A stretch of 64,000 bases of DNA. Origin: Acidobacteriota bacterium (GTDB lineage Bacteria > Acidobacteriota > UBA6911 > RPQK01 > JADFOI01). How positions within the stretch are numbered: the stretch's first letter is position 1; each line of letters opens with the position of its first letter. The position numbers and the translations under genes were made by a program. The stretch is from assembly GCA_963663035.1 (NCBI GenBank), contig OY760074.1, positions 2,109,570 to 2,173,569 of the forward strand. The letters are read 5' to 3'. The notes under the pieces are model-generated. The model did no database searches and was not told the DNA's origin. It worked only from the letters and a program-made list of their open reading frames with translations. This document shows, one piece after another, positions 60,212-64,000 of this stretch.

Positions 60212-62950
60212 ATGTCCCGCTGTCTTCTGATCGCCACAGTGACCTGCCTGAGCATCTGTTCCACTCTTCAGGCCCAGCGCCTTTTTGCCACAGTGGACCC
60301 CTCCGCTTTGGAAGAAAACCTGACATTTGACATCAACGACATTCCCCTGACCAATACTGGGAGCCTTGCTCCAGTTGATCTCAACTTCTCCCCCAATGTC
60401 GTCTTTTCCCTTGATTCCAGTAAGGCCTTTGTCAGCTATCCTGGATCAAACAAGGTGTTAGTTTTCGATCCGATCGAGGGAAAGCCTCTTGAGCCAGCCC
60501 CTTTAATTGAAGTGGGTGAAAATCCAGCCTTGATGACGTTGACACCAGACGGAAATACACTCGCTGTGGTCTGTTTGTTCCTCGCAGACAACCTGCCACA
60601 AAGTGGAGAGATTTTTGTCGGCAAACAGATTGGAACAATTGCCCTTATTGACGTGGACACGCTTGCGGTTCGACGGATTGATCTGACCGAGGTCTTCTTT
60701 TCCTTTGCCAATAACATCGTTTTTTCCGAGGACAGTAAGACCGGCTTTTTGGCATCTTCTGGGACAGATGAAATTCTCCGTTTCGATGTGGACAGTGCCA
60801 CAGAAATCACTCCCCGGTTGAACATGATATCGGGAACACGTCCCTCCTCCATCACCATCACTCCAGACTTCAGCGCCTTTGTGGCCGTCCTGGTGGGTTC
60901 AGACTCTCTCCCTCAGCAAGATGTAGCGGATTCTTTACAGATCATCGATGTGGATTCCTTTACTGTAACAAGGAGCATCGTTCCCACGGTTGGGGACCAA
61001 GGATTTCCCCCTCACAATTTTTTCGCCTCCAACACGCTGGCCATCTCCCCGGATGGAATGTTCGGACTGATTGCCGATCAAGAGCTCAGCTCCTTGGGAC
61101 TGCTTGAGGACCATGCCATTCTTCTGAATCTGCAGACGGGCGAAACGGTCCAGCAGTTCAATATCGGTCGGCTCTCAGGACCCTCCTTTTCAGTTCCTGG
61201 AGGGAAGCGGTTTGTGACAATCAGCGCCAGCGAGATTATCATCATTGACATCCAAGCACTGACGGTGTTCAGAGTGGCGCCACCTCCCCTGTTCTCGGGC
61301 TTTAGAGCGACTACCCGACCCGTTTTCTTCAGGGACGGCACTGGGATGTTTGTGGCCGCGGCTCTTCGAGATTCTCTCCTGGAGTTTGATCTCCGCACAG
61401 GTACAGCCAGGCACTCAGTAGACCTGGGCCCAAGTGTTTCCATTGAACAGAATGGAATCGCAATCACCGTTCCAGCCGCTCCACTCGATCTCGCCTGGTC
61501 CCCCGACGGATCAGTTCTCAGCGCAGTCAAGTTCAATGCCAATACTGTTGCTCTGCTCAAGGAGACAGACCGAATCTTTGTTCCCCGTCTTCTTTCCGAT
61601 GAAGAGTTCTTTACGGGTATCGCCCTGACCAATAACTCCTCTCAGGAGGCAACCCTTATAGCAAGGGGAGTGGGTCCCTCTGGGAGCCAGCTTCTAAACG
61701 ATCCCGACACGGACGCTACTCAGGACTTTACGACTCCCCAGACCATCACGCTGGGAGCAGGCCAGCAGACCTCCTTCACAATCCGCGAGCTTATAGAGGC
61801 CACTCCCGAATCAACCGTCGATGCCTGGCTCGACATCGATAGCGATCAATTTGCGATGGCGGGCTTTTTTCTGGTTGGCGATCTGCAGCTCCAGCGGCTG
61901 GATGGCGGGCTGGTGAATTTCAACCCATCGGCTGAGCTGGTGTTGCCCGAAGTCCGTGTGAGCAACGGCTTCAGAACCGAAATCACCGTCCTGAACCCCA
62001 ACCTCACGCCCGTCGATGTGGAGCTTAGTCTGATCAACAGTGAGGGCGAGACACTGGAGGAAATTGTCTTTTTGCTCGGTGGAAACTTTGTCTTCAGGGG
62101 CTTTTTGCGAGACGCTGATCCGGAAGACAACATAACTGATGCACTTTTCCCCGATACGACCTTCCAAGACTTTATCGGTGGTTACGTGAGGATATTCAGT
62201 GAGGAGGGGGTCATTGCTTTTGAGCGCTACTTCGACAATCAACAGCTCGCCTCTCTGAACGGAATTCCGGTCGGATCAGATGTAGAACTTCCCTTAGAGT
62301 TGTATCTACCGCAAGTCGTGGCATTCGCGGATTCTGAGACCTTGGTGAACTTGGTCCACAGCGGTACGGAAAGTGCCAGCGTCACCCTCTCACTAAAAGG
62401 AGATCAAGGAGAAGATCTCGCAGCCCCTGTGAATCTGGAGATGGAGCCAGCTCAATCGATCAAAAGAAACCTGGTCGAACTTTTTAATCTGGTGGATCCG
62501 GGAAGCGCCTTCAGCGGATGGGTTCTTATCGAAACCGATGTTGCCGGAATTGTGGGGAATGCTGAACTCCACAGCGTTTCTGGGCAAACAATGACAGCCA
62601 TTCCCATTCAAATGTCCCCGATGGGAAGTTTCGTCTTTTCCCATGTGGCACAAGGACTGGGCTTTTCCACGAGTCTCGCCCTTCTCAATCCCGGTCCCGC
62701 GACCGCCATTGTGCAAGTGGAAGTCCACGCCTCTGATGGCACCTTGCTGGACAATCTCTCAATTTCCATTGCACCTTCCAACCGAGAACTGAGATTCTTG
62801 AAGGACTTGTTCCCCAATCTACCTGATTTGTTAGGCGGTTACATCAAAGTCTCTTCAGACCAAAACATCATTGGATTGGAATTCTTCCATGCAGACAATC
62901 TGGACTTTTTGGCGTCCCTTCCGGCTCAGTCCATCGACCCGGTCTTCTGA
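60212..62950 (+). CDS. large secreted protein: N-terminal beta-propeller-like repeats plus four tandem C-terminal modules of about 110 aa
   Basis: Signal peptide MSRCLLIATVTCLSICSTLQAQ. Recurrent ..SPDG../..TPDG.. blade motifs. Four modules follow from about 61574. The track start at 59933 lies inside a MITE. Confidence 0.75.
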   Translation: MSRCLLIATVTCLSICSTLQAQRLFATVDPSALEENLTFDINDIPLTNTGSLAPVDLNFSPNVVFSLDSSKAFVSYPGSNKVLVFDPIEGKPLEPAPLIEVGENPALMTLTPDGNTLAVVCLFLADNLPQSGEIFVGKQIGTIALIDVDTLAVRRIDLTEVFFSFANNIVFSEDSKTGFLASSGTDEILRFDVDSATEITPRLNMISGTRPSSITITPDFSAFVAVLVGSDSLPQQDVADSLQIIDVDSFTVTRSIVPTVGDQGFPPHNFFASNTLAISPDGMFGLIADQELSSLGLLEDHAILLNLQTGETVQQFNIGRLSGPSFSVPGGKRFVTISASEIIIIDIQALTVFRVAPPPLFSGFRATTRPVFFRDGTGMFVAAALRDSLLEFDLRTGTARHSVDLGPSVSIEQNGIAITVPAAPLDLAWSPDGSVLSAVKFNANTVALLKETDRIFVPRLLSDEEFFTGIALTNNSSQEATLIARGVGPSGSQLLNDPDTDATQDFTTPQTITLGAGQQTSFTIRELIEATPESTVDAWLDIDSDQFAMAGFFLVGDLQLQRLDGGLVNFNPSAELVLPEVRVSNGFRTEITVLNPNLTPVDVELSLINSEGETLEEIVFLLGGNFVFRGFLRDADPEDNITDALFPDTTFQDFIGGYVRIFSEEGVIAFERYFDNQQLASLNGIPVGSDVELPLELYLPQVVAFADSETLVNLVHSGTESASVTLSLKGDQGEDLAAPVNLEMEPAQSIKRNLVELFNLVDPGSAFSGWVLIETDVAGIVGNAELHSVSGQTMTAIPIQMSPMGSFVFSHVAQGLGFSTSLALLNPGPATAIVQVEVHASDGTLLDNLSISIAPSNRELRFLKDLFPNLPDLLGGYIKVSSDQNIIGLEFFHADNLDFLASLPAQSIDPVF

Positions 62951-62998
62951 GAGCCTCGTTGGTTACTTCTGAGCAGAGTGTGGCATAATAGAGTTCGC

Positions 62999-64000
62999 AT
63001 GAAACGCTGGTCCGTTTTTCTCTTTCTCACCATTCTGACCTCTGGACACCTTTTTGCGCAGACGGTCGACCTGGCGGGATCCTACTACCATTTCAGTCTC
63101 GCCAAAATGCACGAATTTCGTGAAGACTACGGTGATGCGATATCGGAGTTCGAGAAAGCCATTCCTCTCGATCCGACCAGTTCAGAACTGAGAGTGGAGT
63201 TCGCCGAGACTCTTTGGAGAGCAGGAGAAATCAGGAGAGCAGTAGAAGAGTGCCAGAAAGCAGTAGAGCTTGATCCCGAAAGCAGCGCCCCCCATTTTCT
63301 CCTGGGCCGCATTTATTCCAAAATTCGGACCGGCGACCAGACTGTCATGCTGGAGCGAGCGATCGAGGAGTTCGGCCTCACTGTTGAGCTGGAACCTGAT
63401 CATTTTCAGGCCCTTGAAGATCTGGGCCGACTTCACCTGCAGAGACAAAATTACCAGACAGCAGTCGATATCCTGGACCGATTCATTCAACTGCGACCCT
63501 GGGTCGTCCGAGCACACTTGTTGAAGGCCAGAGCACATATTGAACTCAACGAAGTTGAAGAGGCCGTCGAGTTGCTCGAACAGTCCTTGAGCTATGATGA
63601 AACCAACCTTGACAACCTTAAATTGCTGGCTAGCCTTTACGAACAGAGAAATCAATTTGACAAAGCAAGGGAGCTTTATAGCCAGGCCCTCGATAGTACT
63701 ACGGATCCCGATATTCGATTCCGGCTGGCGCTATTGCTCACCGACCAAACCCGGTTTGCCGAAGCTGTACCGATTCTCCAGGACCTGGTTCAGGAGTATC
63801 CAGAGAATGTCCGGATCAATCTTTCCTTGGGCCAAGCGCTGAGAGGAAACAAGCGCTATGCTGAAGCGGCTCAGCATATCAGACAGGTCTTGGCAGACAA
63901 TCCCAACGATTACAGGCTCAACTACGAGCTGGCTGAACTTTTGTCCTTACTGGGAAAGCGGCAAGAAGCTATCGAGAGGTTTCTTCTCCTCCGCGAGATG
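62999..64000 (+). CDS. TPR-repeat protein with signal peptide; 3' end lies outside the window
   Basis: I translated the frame from the ATG at 62999 and it stays open to the window end (not in the track because it has no stop). MKRWSVFLFLTILTSGHLFAQ, then repeated TPR-like helices. Confidence 0.75.
   Translation, partial: MKRWSVFLFLTILTSGHLFAQTVDLAGSYYHFSLAKMHEFREDYGDAISEFEKAIPLDPTSSELRVEFAETLWRAGEIRRAVEECQKAVELDPESSAPHFLLGRIYSKIRTGDQTVMLERAIEEFGLTVELEPDHFQALEDLGRLHLQRQNYQTAVDILDRFIQLRPWVVRAHLLKARAHIELNEVEEAVELLEQSLSYDETNLDNLKLLASLYEQRNQFDKARELYSQALDSTTDPDIRFRLALLLTDQTRFAEAVPILQDLVQEYPENVRINLSLGQALRGNKRYAEAAQHIRQVLADNPNDYRLNYELAELLSLLGKRQEAIERFLLLREM

Overview
This is a chromosomal window from a diderm bacterium, shown by LolA, LspA, TonB, a beta-barrel OMP and a prepilin-type signal. 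The gene content has an Acidobacteria-like flavour, but the taxon cannot be fixed from this sequence alone. Most of the window is housekeeping:
- cysteine desulfurase, Hsp20 and RidA
- an ECF sigma / anti-sigma / CpxP-like module
- an M16 peptidase pair
- rpoD and the rplU-rpmA-obg-nadD-rsfS-rlmH block
- a DksA-like gene, comF, trmL, queE, nth, thiD and fabH
- lolA-lspA-ileS and a TonB-like gene
- three tRNAs: Phe-GAA, Thr-CGU and a CAU-anticodon tRNA

A dense layer of mobile and repetitive DNA sits on top of this backbone:
- An intact IS481-family element lies 20 nt after tRNA-Phe.
- An intact IS1380-family element is flanked by a 4-bp CTAG duplication.
- Eight structured MITEs fall into three families. 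Families A and B share a core, and family A shares its termini with the IS1380 element.
- Several solo or back-to-back terminal-repeat relics are present.
- Short heptamer/pentamer arrays sit directly after stop codons.

Other notable content:
- four PilZ-domain genes, three of them one paralogous family
- a divergent orphan gene pair around a perfect 24-bp palindrome
- an L21 with a long Lys/Ala-rich tail
- a 912-aa secreted beta-propeller protein with four tandem C-terminal modules
- a Ser/Thr kinase relic

I saw no CRISPR array, no rRNA, and no recognisable canonical defence, prophage or biosynthetic cluster. The most unusual signals are the MITE/IS1380 system that lands on stop codons, the post-stop CTGAC ladders and the PilZ paralog family. 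All functional calls come from reading motifs in the translated ORFs. No database search was run.
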